From Vicugna vicugna (taxonomy: Eukaryota), in the NCBI GenBank assembly GCA_013265495.1, contig MU058387.1, forward strand, positions 496,001 to 560,000: a DNA stretch of 64,000 nucleotides, written 5' to 3'. How positions within the stretch are numbered: the stretch's first letter is position 1; each line of letters starts with the position of its first letter. The notes beneath the pieces were generated by a model. It was not told the DNA's origin, searched no databases, and saw only the letters and a program-made list of their open reading frames with translations. Made by a program: the position numbers and the translations under genes. Shown here one piece after another: positions 26,101 to 37,660 of the stretch.

Positions 26101-29100
26101 GCTACTTCAGAAGCAGAGAAACCATACCTTTTATTCCTTAGCTTTAATGTATCTGTGGTTACTAAATAAATATGATTACTAAATATATGCAATTAATATC
26201 CAGCCCCTTAATCGACTGATCAGAGGACTGAAGCCATGTCACCTGGTTCACCATGAGGTCCTCAGTGCCAAGGACAGTGCATTGAACTAATGGATAGTTT
26301 TTCAATGACTAGCACATGGATGAAATAGTATTTAGGGCAACATCATGTTACAACAGGGTACCGTGTTCATATATATAAATTGTGTCATTTTAGATTATTT
26401 CCAGCACATTTCATCTGAGAAAGAATAGTACATAATTTAGAAAAATCTCAAAATGTGTAACTTTTTTTTTTTTTGTCTACAAAACAGGTAGACTCGAATC
26501 TAGCCAGAAATTTGTCTACAAATTTCTCTACATCTTATATCCAAGGGTTCTAGAAAGCTGAGGTTTGGAAATTTTTGCAGTTATCATGATCATTATTTGG
26601 GGGTGATATTTAAAAGGTATAGTCTCCTTTCTTTCTTTTTTTTTTCCCTGTCTTTTTTTCTTTTTAGGCTTTGGAACTTTTGAACTCGCTCTATTCTCAA
26701 TTCTGAGAAATCCTGCAGTGTTTAAAATATTCTTCATGATTTTCATTTAAAATCAGCCTCAACAATTGTGTCTTAAGCTAAAAAGTCTCAGAATGCCTAT
26801 GATTATGGGTATTAACGCACATGCCTTGAAAGCAGCCATCTCTGGGTGGACGTGTTATAGCTGCTCAGAGGATTACAGTACAACCAAACAGGAAACAGAG
26901 GATTCCATGTTTCCTTTAAATGCAAGAGAAATACATGTAACCAGATAAAGTATGTCCCAGTGGGAATTCAGCCAAAGCCACAAACCCCTGCAGAGAAATT
27001 ACTCCACATCAGCCTCATTTAAACACACTAGAATCCAGCTCTTAACGGAGAATGTGAAAACATCAATTACAATGTGAATGTGGCTTTTTACCAAAAGTAT
27101 TAAGCATCTGATCTATTATTTGTCAATATAGTGCTTCCTTCTTCCACTTAATCTTTACTTTATTAAAAAAAAAACTATATACTTTTTTCCTCCACGAAGA
27201 AGTGATTCTGGATATTTAGGGAAGGGTGTGAGGTTGCTTGTATTTGAGTGGTTTGAATTCTAAGAGGCAGGTTTCTTTGTTGACTAAATCAACAAGCTAA
27301 GCAAAACCCTTTCATCCTTCCCAGTAGAAAGCAAAAACCACAGTTGTCCCATTTTGATGCCACATGAATGACTCTCCATTTAAAGATCAGAGCTGGCAGC
27401 TTGTAAAGGAGTTTGTACTCTGACTTGCTAATCATTGCAAGGTTAAAGAGTCATGCTATCTGCTTTTGCACATCTGGAGTGTTGCTTACAAATGCTGCAT
27501 GCATACACCATTAATACTATTACTGCATGCGCCTTTATGATAAGAACAATTATTCTTTCTTAGTTTTACACTGCTATGTACCTGCTAATGCACTTTGACT
27601 CCTACAACAGTCTTGAATGCAAAAACCCATGGAAATAACATTCCATGTTTGAGCTGAGACAATGAGTTTAACAGATATGCCCTAACTCACAGTTGGGAGA
27701 AAGATCAGATTCATGAATGCTGCAAACAAAACCAAACACACTTACACAAACAAAAGGATGGCTGAAGTGAAAGGCAATTTTCTGTCATAAAACTCCGTGA
27801 ATTAAAGCCGCTTGGATAGCATTCCACGCCGCTCTCTGAGATATTTTTGTTTTCATGTGTCCTCATACAATATGTTTTTTTTTTAAGTTGGTCATTCTGA
27901 AAATAAAATTTTGAATTAATGTTTGAATTGAATGTTTTCCATTTTTCACAAACTGAGTAACTGAAAAGCTATCCAACATCTCTTAGACATTGCTTTAATA
28001 AAATGATGATACAATAAAGATACATACATGGTTATAACTGAATGACCTAAGGAATCTGAGATTCTTTTACTCTTATGAGGCAATTTCAACCTCATTTGAA
28101 GAAATGTAATGTTCTTTAAAGAAGAAAATCCTCGTAAACCAAAGAGAACCCTTCTTTTCTTAAGACAAGAGGTCATATAAACATATTCTCAGGACTAATC
28201 ACCAATATAAACATCACTGTCTAGATCATGTCTTCCACCTACCTGGCTTCATCATGTTGACTGATCTGTGGTTAACTAGTACTGTGTGAAAGCTACTGCC
28301 TGGTTTTTAAACATTACTTCTATTTTACATCTCTATATAGACACAGACAAAACTATAACATCCTTGCCTTTGTTATCAGTGAAATAGCTTAATTCCTGTG
28401 CTCTTACTACTGTGACTCTTTAACTTCTAGAGATGAATATACATCTCCTATTCGTTATAAAATATTTCTGAGGATATCAGTCATAGTCAAGAACCTGAAG
28501 ACCTCAATTTTAGCTCTGATTCTGCTTTTTAAGATCTGTCACCCTAGAGAAGCACTTGGCTTTGTAAAGCATAGGCAATGATACCTGTATTACAGAGGAA
28601 TTGTGAGGGTCGCACGCTATTGTTGGGGACCTGACTTTTCAGAATGGTTAGCATCCTCCTTTCCTACAAAATGAAATTGCTTTAGATATAGAGAAATCAA
28701 TTCTTAATTATAAAATGATGCTGATGATCATGGCTATCATTTATTATAGGCCAGAGGCAGTGAAAAAAAATTCTTTATTATCATCTAACTAAGATGTTAC
28801 TGAGGTTACCCTGACATTGAGAAACAACATTAATCTTAAAACTTGTCCCACGTCTGGTAGGTGAGTATAGAATTCTTACAGGAGATTTTACCTCTCAAAC
28901 TCAATGTCTAGCTAACAATTACTTTTTAAATGCACTATCCCAATGTTTACATACAGAGGTCCATATTGAATAGCCTTCTGACCCTTTTATAACTCAAATA
29001 CAATACCTCTACAGGCAGAAATATGTGTATCTGATTCCCAAGATCAGGACAAAGTAAGGATTTTAAATCACTGGCCCATAAACGCTTTAAAATATAATAT

Positions 29101-29459
29101 TTTACATCATTTTTCAGAACTCCTTTAGCTGTTTTACCCCCAGAAGTATCTCAGGGGCTGCCTCTTTCTTCAGGCTCAGCCTCTGCTGTGAACCTCATCC
29201 TCTGTCCTCTCTAACCTCTGCTCCTCTTTCTTATCTCTAACCTGCATCCCCAAATGCCTGTTGAAATCATTCTCAAAGCCACATAGCTCTCTCTTGTTTG
29301 GCCGTCTGATTCCAGATCGCTGCCTGGGGGCGCCATCGGCTACCATGAAAGCAGCTTAAGGGCTTTCTCTATACCCAGCTCAGTTTCTCTCCATGGCAGA
29401 AAATTTGATGCTCTGGTTAAAATATGTTTTTAATTCCTCCCCACTCCAAGGGCACTGAC

Positions 29460-29600
29460 CGCAGTTCTATGAGATGAACATAACCATTAGCATTGGCATT
29501 TTGCAAATGAGGAAACTGAGGCTCCAGGAGTTTAAATCGGCAGTTCCCAGGGTCATGCGGCTAATGAGTGGGAGAGCCAGCCTTGCCTCAGCTTTGAATG
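29460..29600 (-). mobile_element. MIR SINE core
   Basis: 'cattttgcaaatgaggaaactgaggctccaggagtttaa...cccagggtcatgcggcta'. Confidence 0.8.
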
Positions 29601-30460
29601 TTGTCAGCTTTGCCTTCAGATACACCTTGAATTCCGGTTCCCATGTTACTGCTTGCTTGGATTTGGTCCCTCCTGCTTTGTCTGCCCTTCATCGGTAGCT
29701 GACTCAGCATTTATTCTCGGAAATCTCCTGCCACCTTTTTCCCTCTTCATTTCTAAATTCAACTTCACACCCATTTTCAACTTCCCTGTTAAAAAAAAAA
29801 AAAAGAATTTCACATCCTCTAAAGATGTGGCTATGTCAACATCAATCTGATGAATTAATTCACATAAAAATGTTTTATAAACTATGAAATGCTTACAAAA
29901 TATAAAGCTTCACTGATGTTGAAATATGCCACATATACCTCATGTAATCAATAAAAGCATGTAAGTGAGTTATTTTGGTTTCTGAAAACTGAATGACAGT
30001 CTATAATAAATATCTTTAGTAGAAATTTCTATGTGATGAAACATTAATACTAATAACAATTTGTTATCACAGACGTCCAACACAAATCTACTAATTATTT
30101 TAAATTAAGATGTGGGATGTGTTCAAATAAAGCCAGGAAAATGATCAGAGGGAATAACCCCATCATTTACACGGTTTATTTTATACAGTGACCGCTTTTA
30201 TTATGTATAAAGTTGGACATTCTCAGGATGTTAAAGAGCTTGGAAATAAATGTATCCGTTCACTTTTCTCTGAGATAAACAGAGAAATGAGATATGATTC
30301 TTGAGTTCCAAACAAAGATCCTGATAAATGAAAAGAAAATAAAACAAAACCAAAACATGTTCAATACAAAGGCCCTTTCATTTCAGTTGCACCCCAAAGA
30401 TATGGAAATGTCTGGTAGCTATTACTTCCAAGAAGATGAATGAATTCCTTATTTGCTCAG

Positions 30461-30566
30461 CCTCTATGGTGATGGATGTAAAATTTGGAATTGATCTGCC
30501 AGCTGAACTTCTCTCTGATGTAGAAATCAACAGCGTGTTGATGGCCAATGCCATGAGCATGCTTTG
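30461..30566 (+). other. Candidate internal exon (106 nt, phase 1-2, open), product unrecognised
   Basis: Acceptor ttccttatttgctcag and donor TTG|gtatgt flank SMVMDVKFGIDLPAELLSDVEINSVLMANAMSML; phase-compatible with 23127-23306. Confidence 0.25.
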
Positions 30567-33500
30567 GTATGTGTACTGTTCAAGACGACGTGATGCTTGC
30601 ATCTCCTAAACCTGATGGGATGACTGGTGATGCCATCTAGCCCACCACCTGGTTACTGGAATACAGTAAACCAAATGTCTGCTTACAGGGAAATGAAAAA
30701 CTCTCATTCTTCCGTAAACTCTCATGACATAATATGTCCGCCTATAAAGTAGGATTAGATTAATGCTAGATGGTCACGATGCTTTATTTCCTATTTTGGA
30801 AGTAGGGATGAAGTGAGTAAAATAAGCTGTTAATTATAATAAAAGGATCTGAGCGCAGGACAAAGACATCCCTAGGTCCTTCTGCGCTAGACGGAGAAAC
30901 TGGGTTTTCTTGTTTTTTGTTTTTTTAATTTTATCTCCTCATATTCTGAATATTGTCCTAGTAGAAGGGCTCAATTTTTCCCATTTCCCAATAAGTCAGT
31001 TTGGGAAAGAATCCAATAAATACATTGGTTAGTTGAGCCTATAAACAAATGGAGTTATCTGCTTCGAGCCAGAGAAAGATCTGACTGTTGGAGCATACGT
31101 GGACGTCAGTGGGCGACATTTTACTTTTGGGTGTAATGAGCACTGGGATATGACAATCGAGAGAGCTGCCCAGAATAATTGACTCCACTCCACCGCCTGG
31201 TGCTATCATGCATTTATCTTATAAGCCCACATTAGATACTAGTAGATCAAAACCCTACACAAAGAAATACATTTGAATGAGTTTTATATTTAAAACAAAA
31301 TACTCATTGTAGTTTTTTTTTACTATTCTCAGTGCTGCTAGCTTCATCTAACTAGAAAAACAAGGCCGTCTTTCACTTAAAGTACAGAGCAACTTCATGC
31401 TGTACGACATTATGTTTCCTGAGGCGTAGCTGCACTGAGCAATGAGTAAAAGCTAAGGCCAGTTGAGGTTCCTACCAGGAAAGCTGAAAGGGGGTCGTAA
31501 AGAACAAAACATTTTGATATGTGTTTTGCCTCATCTAAAAAATATTCAAAGTAGAATACGGGGGAAATGCAACAGAGTGATGAAAACAATTGGCCACCGT
31601 GTTATCTGAAAAGAAAACAAAGGGCATCATGCTTTCTGTGTCCATCTGCTTTTGCAGTGACCGTACAGTATGATTCACATTTGAGCCACAGCGTATACAC
31701 ATCTTAACATTTAAGTGATTGGAAAATTATAGGCAACCGTTCTTTGGATGCAAGGAGCGTGCATCATTGTGTTCTGTGTTCTCTAGGGTTAACCCAAACC
31801 ACAGCACACTCAGCTGATAATGATGAGGCTAAACTAGTAATTTATCACTGAAAAGAAGGAATGACAATGGGAAAATGAGCAGCTTGATACAAACCGTGAC
31901 TTTCAATTAAGCAGTCTTCCGATCTAGTTCATCATTCGACTGTGAAACCAGAAGACAAGGCTTTAAAGTTCCCATCAGTTTATGATCCATTAAGAAGTCC
32001 TTCCTGGTCCTATGAAACCATGAACAATCCTTTGAGAATCACTGCACCCAGATTTAGACTGTTGTAGAAACATTAATGCTTCTGCTTCAAAGGAATATTA
32101 ATTTGCTGTGTTTCAGGTACTTCGTAATATATTGGAAAGAACTGTGACCAACCTGGGTGAGACCCCTGGGTTCTAAATCTGGCTCTGTTTCAAAAGGTTT
32201 TGACTCACTTTCTCTGTTTTATCATCTACAAAATGAATACAAAAGGGAAGACAGAAGAATATAAGGCAGTTCCTGTTTCACCGTCCTCACGCACAGGACT
32301 GCTTTAAGATGCAAATGTGATCCTGCAAGTGAACGCACATCGGAACGTGTAAAGAACAAACCATACAACACTGAAAGTCAGAGCGATCTCTGAAGTTATG
32401 AAGTCCAGTCTTCTCGAGCAGTGGATACACAGCAGAAGATTCAAGACTGCTGATTGTCTTGAGGACAACCAGAAATTTAGCAACTAGAGTTCAAGTTTTG
32501 TTTTGGACCCCAGCCTAGAGATGCTTCAGATTCTTTATACTGATCCTTGATTCACAATATTATTCTTATTACCATCAGTGTTGTTGTAAGTATCTTAGTG
32601 GGATAATAGACAATGCACCCGTCTAGTAATGATGCTGACCACAACTTTCTTTTGGAAAGTTTCCCTTCTTTGTCTTTTTAACACCCAATAATCTGGTTCT
32701 TCCTCTGTTCCTTTTCTTCTTTCTTCATCAAATACCCCTGATTATATCGATGAGAATCCCACTAAAATTACTTCTCATCTTTACACTCTAATCATTTCAT
32801 ACTCTCACTGTTTTAACTGCCTTCTCCAAATGGTAGACAGTGAAATTTGTATGTCCAACTTTTTCCACCTTTAAGTGTTGGTGAGATATTTACACACAGG
32901 TGTTTCACCCAATGCCAGAATCAAAACAGCTTTAAACAGCAGCTACTTTGGGATCAAGAAGACAGTGGGTAGAAAGTCTAAAAGAAAATGACTTCCAACC
33001 TAGAAATCTCAATCTAACAAATGATTAAATGTGTGTGACTAATTAAAAAGACGAATGACACATTCAGATATGCAAAAAGTGAAAATATTTACCTTTCAAT
33101 GTTTCTTATGGGGACCATGGAGAGTAGGTTTTTGAGCAAAATGAGAATGCAAAACAATAACCAATGAAGATATGGGGGTCCACAAAATAGGGATTTTTGA
33201 GAGCATCATGTCGAAGTACCTGGATGGAAACTGAATGAGGAGGTAAGTTACAACTTACAACAGAAGAGCAGGAACTCCAGAGAAAAGACAGGTAACTGGC
33301 ACAGCATCCAACATATTCAGCTGTCGGAAATTTTTAATACAACTTATGCAATTAGTGGAGCGTGTGAAAAATACAAAAAACAGGTACATGGGAAACTAAT
33401 CACAAAAGAAAAAGAAAAGAAAAGAATTGTTTGCTCCAGGGAATCTAAGATGATTGGGTGGAAATGTGGAAAGCCACGACCAAACTCCTCTGACCTGTGG

Positions 33501-33984
33501 AAGCGCCTCCCTGTGGCCCGGGAGTGAGTACTTAACCTTGGGTGCTGTTTCACCAGGGGGACCATGGAATCTATGTGCACTTTTCTTATTGCAGTCGTGA
33601 ATATACGCTTTACTCTACTTGTTTGATGATTCATTATGGCAAGTCCATGTCAAAAGTCTCAGGAATTTTCAAACCTTGAGCACCGTTTATAGTTTTCTTA
33701 GAATGATCAATGACAACAAAAAAGAAGTATAATCATAGTTCATTGTTTGAATCAACAACAGAAGTATTTACGCAGCCATAAGAAATGCAAATGATATATA
33801 CTGTCTGAACCAAAAATTATGAATTATGATCTAACTTTGTTGGAAGGATAAGAAGATGAGGGGATAAGCTAATTTCTTATCTACACTAATAGGAAATCAA
33901 TAGGTAATTTCCAAAATTGATTGAAAAGGCAAAAAAGGACAGCATAAGTGTATTATTTAGAAATGAAGAGATTATGGCGATGCT

Positions 33985-34086
33985 TTCATAGGTGAATACA
34001 TCTATCAAAATTCATCAAATTGTACATCTGAAATATGTGTAGCTTGCTGCACAGGAATTATACCACAATAAAGTTGTTAAAAAAAA
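33985..34086 (+). mobile_element. Old L1 (L1MB/MC-like) 3' terminus
   Basis: 'tcaaaattcatcaaattgtacatctgaaatatgtg...attataccacaataaagttgtt' followed by an A tail. Confidence 0.75.
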
Positions 34087-34754
34087 CTTTCCCCCTGGAA
34101 GTCTGAAGCCCCATTATTTTAAAGTGCATTCAGACTCCTTACTTAGTATCTTACTTTTGGATATACCCAACTTTCCTAGTTTTTTCAATGTTGAACATCA
34201 CACCCACATTTAACAAACTTAAGTAAATACTTTATACTTACCATGTCTCTTTCCCAAAATAATTTGAAATACATAGAATAAAATGCATGCTTTAACTCGA
34301 TTAATAAAATACAAATGGAAAGTCAGAGCCACAGAAAAGAGAAGGAAACACATATGTTAATGAAAGTCTTTACTTATATATTGTTAAACATTTGCCTGTT
34401 TCTTTATACCATTCTGTCCTGGGAACAAGAGAAAAAATAAGTGAGGAAATTAGAACAAAGGCAAAAATAAAGATAAGTAAAAGCAATTAAAGCAGGGTTA
34501 AAATTTTTGTTCAAAGGACATGTGTAATTTCTTGAACACTTTGCTTGTTATAGGCCCAAAACTTGGCTCTGAATTTCAAGCAACTGGTACAGAAAAGGAT
34601 GGTTGTGGTGGAAAGACAGAATGCAAAGTGTTACTCTGAGCTGCCTGAGAGCAGAGGCAAAAATGAAACACATTTTCAGAATTCAGGTGTCAGTATAATC
34701 CTTGTAGCGGGTGACGGAGGATGCCACCACAGGAGTCTATTCCATGTTTTTTCA

Positions 34755-34960
34755 TACTCTGATGCTAATGTAGAAAAAACAAATAAGACATTCAATTTGA
34801 TTTGAATTTATAACAATTTATAACAAACAATAAATATTTTGACATAAATATTTCTCAAATATTGCATAGAAATATTTGTACTAAAACGTATTTGTTGTTT
34901 ATTTGTTATTCAAATTTTACAAGGAGTCCTAAATTTTTTTCCCTTAAATCTTGGTAAAGT
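34755..34960. mobile_element. MER53-like palindromic hAT MITE
   Basis: Arms 'atttgaattt...aaacaataaata' and 'tatttgttgtttatttgttattcaaatt' around the centre 'caaatattgcat' match recalled MER53. Confidence 0.7.
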
Positions 34961-36849
34961 CTTGAGAGAACTTCAGTAAACGAAACTTTACAGATAAATT
35001 TCAAGATGTCTTTTCCTGATGTTCCATATCCTATCCTACTTAGTGTAATATAAATTTCCAGTGTAATGATAAACTGAGTTTTCTTAGTGGTCCAATTAAT
35101 TCCCTGGACAACAGACCACTTCAGCTATGTTTTACAAATCGACTTTTTCTATTTTATGTATGTATTTGATGATTTTCTATAATTTATCTGAAAATTAGAT
35201 CTAATCTAAGAACACAGCATAAATATTTTATTATTTTTCTTGTACTGAGAAATACTGGAATAAGGGAGAGAAGATTCATTATTTTAAATTAATGATCAGA
35301 CAATGAAAATCATACAGTCTTCCCACATGGAAGAGTAAAATGGAGCCACAAGGAGAAGATGGTTAACGAACCAGGTATCATTTTCCAGTGACGAGAAAAA
35401 TGATCGTTCTCACTACCTATACTTGGAAAAAATTATGTCAGGTGCTTATGCTCATTGTGTGTAGACTGGAAGGGACAATCAAATGCAAATGAACAACACA
35501 TGATTAGAATTAGGAATAGGGGCATTTTGTTCTAACCAAATCAAGGACTCTAGAACTTCAAAACTTTTAATTTTGCAGCATTGGAAAATGGAATATATTT
35601 GTAAAAGAATCTGTGATTTTTCACTTCTAGGTATAATTTCTTTGAAAAGAAACATAATTAATCCATAGTACTAGATTACTTTAATTTGTTCATTTTATTC
35701 CTCACTTGAGAGAGAAGTGCTTTAATAATGTAAAATGAAAGGAATATGGGATAAATTCAAAGAAACAAAAAGGGGATAATTGTCGAGGGATACCTGCTAC
35801 CCAAATTTTAAATCGCATTTTACTACAGTGGATTCTCCCTAGAATTAAAAATAAAAGAATTATTTTTTTCTAAGATGCTGAGAAAATTTTGACAACTTTT
35901 CAAGTGCTTCATAATAGTCCTTACAAGTAAAATCCAAATCATGAACCGCCCTCCACTAATAAATTTAAGGATCAGAAATGATTTCAGAGATAAGAAAGAT
36001 TTAAGAACTCAGTTCCTGAGGCAGTAGCATCTTGTATTATTATATTACTTTTTTAACCAAATTAAAGTTCTAGAGAAAACTGCTCTAAAACTTTCACTTC
36101 CAATAATCCAGATGGGTTCTTTCGTATAAATGCTTCCCTAACATCTATCTAATTATTTAACAAGAACACAGAAATATAGAAGGAGAAGAGAACACAGAAA
36201 AAGTAATATTTTAGAGATTAGGTTGTATTTATCCCAGTCACTGGGTCACTCTGTAGCAACTGAGACATAGAATTAATTTCTTTGTACCTCCAATTCTCTA
36301 GTGATTCTAGGGGGAAAAAAAGTCGTATTGATAATCTACATCATTTGACTCTCCAAAGACACTACACTTGTTGGACTAACGCTGTTGGCACAATAAATAT
36401 ATGATAGACAACACTGAGGAGATGTGAAATATTAAATTATGTCTTCTTTATTCAAGTTAACACAAATAGATTTAATATGTACTCTGCCAAGTAGAGCTTT
36501 GGCCTCTGGGGCTACAGGGGTTTAAAGATTAAAAACTGTAGAAAAAGTTCCTATAAATCAATAAATTATTCTTCTGTATTATAAGAACAACAATAGAAGT
36601 ATATAAGTTGAGCATGTCCTTAATATATATAAAATTATTTACATATGTATACAGTATTTACATATAAAGTATATATACTGTATACATATATGCATACTTA
36701 CTTCTGTATTGAAATAAATTACAAAACTAAAAAAGATAAGAGAACAATCAACATAAAATTCTACTTCTTTTCACACCTAAATTAACTATGTTTTTTAACC
36801 TGGTGAGTATCTCTCTCACTTTGGAGACCAATGCACGAAGGATGGAGTC

Positions 36850-37660
36850 AGCAAGGAGAAGTGGAGTTGCTAAGGGAAGGCTTTTTGCAGAGACTAACTT
36901 ATAACCTAAGATTTAAATATTGCAATTATTATTTTTTTAATGAAGAAGAGGAAGGAAGAACATTCAATGCACAGGGAATGCTTTAAAATACATAGATACA
37001 TGTAATTTCGTGATCTGTTCCTCCAAATCACAATAATTATGAGATTAGTAAAATGCCAAGTTACAATATAGGAGAAAATAACCAGGATGAGGTCTGACAG
37101 ATGCTAAGTGTCATATCATGAAAGGACACGCTGAGCAATTAAAGACTGAGGTGTTTCAAAGTTGATGAGATGCCAGTAAAGGATTTTCAACACACTGGGA
37201 GGGCCACGTGCAAGAATGTAGACGAAGGGCCTTCAAAGTGGGCCGTGCGCATTGGAGCGGGAGTACATCTTAGAACTTCCATGTATACTTACTCATACCT
37301 GCTCATTTTAATTGTCTGTTTTTCATTATAAATACAGTAGTCTGTATTTAACTTAAACAAACATGAGTGAGTACACATGCATTTTGTTTTTAAACTGATG
37401 GACTGAGTGTCCCCAAAGGGTTTGGAAACCATCAATGTTGAGGATGGCTTTTAATGGCTCAGCTGGTAAGGCAGAGAACTGTAGACCAGAAGTGTGTAGA
37501 GAATGGTCTGAAGAGGCGCTAAGAGCAGAGACAGGAAAATCAGATAAGACGCTAGTGCGGTAACTCAGGTGAAGGATGCTGAGGGCCTCCACTGAGGCAG
37601 GAGCAACAAGGATGGAGTGGAGAGGCCTGACTTGGTTGACATTCAGCAGGTGTACTTTCT
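36850..37660 (-). mobile_element. Degenerate L2 fragments
   Basis: 'agggaaggcttt...gaagaacattc...cagggaa' and 'gataagacgctagtgcggtaactcaggtgaaggatgctgagggcct...ggatggag'. Confidence 0.55.
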
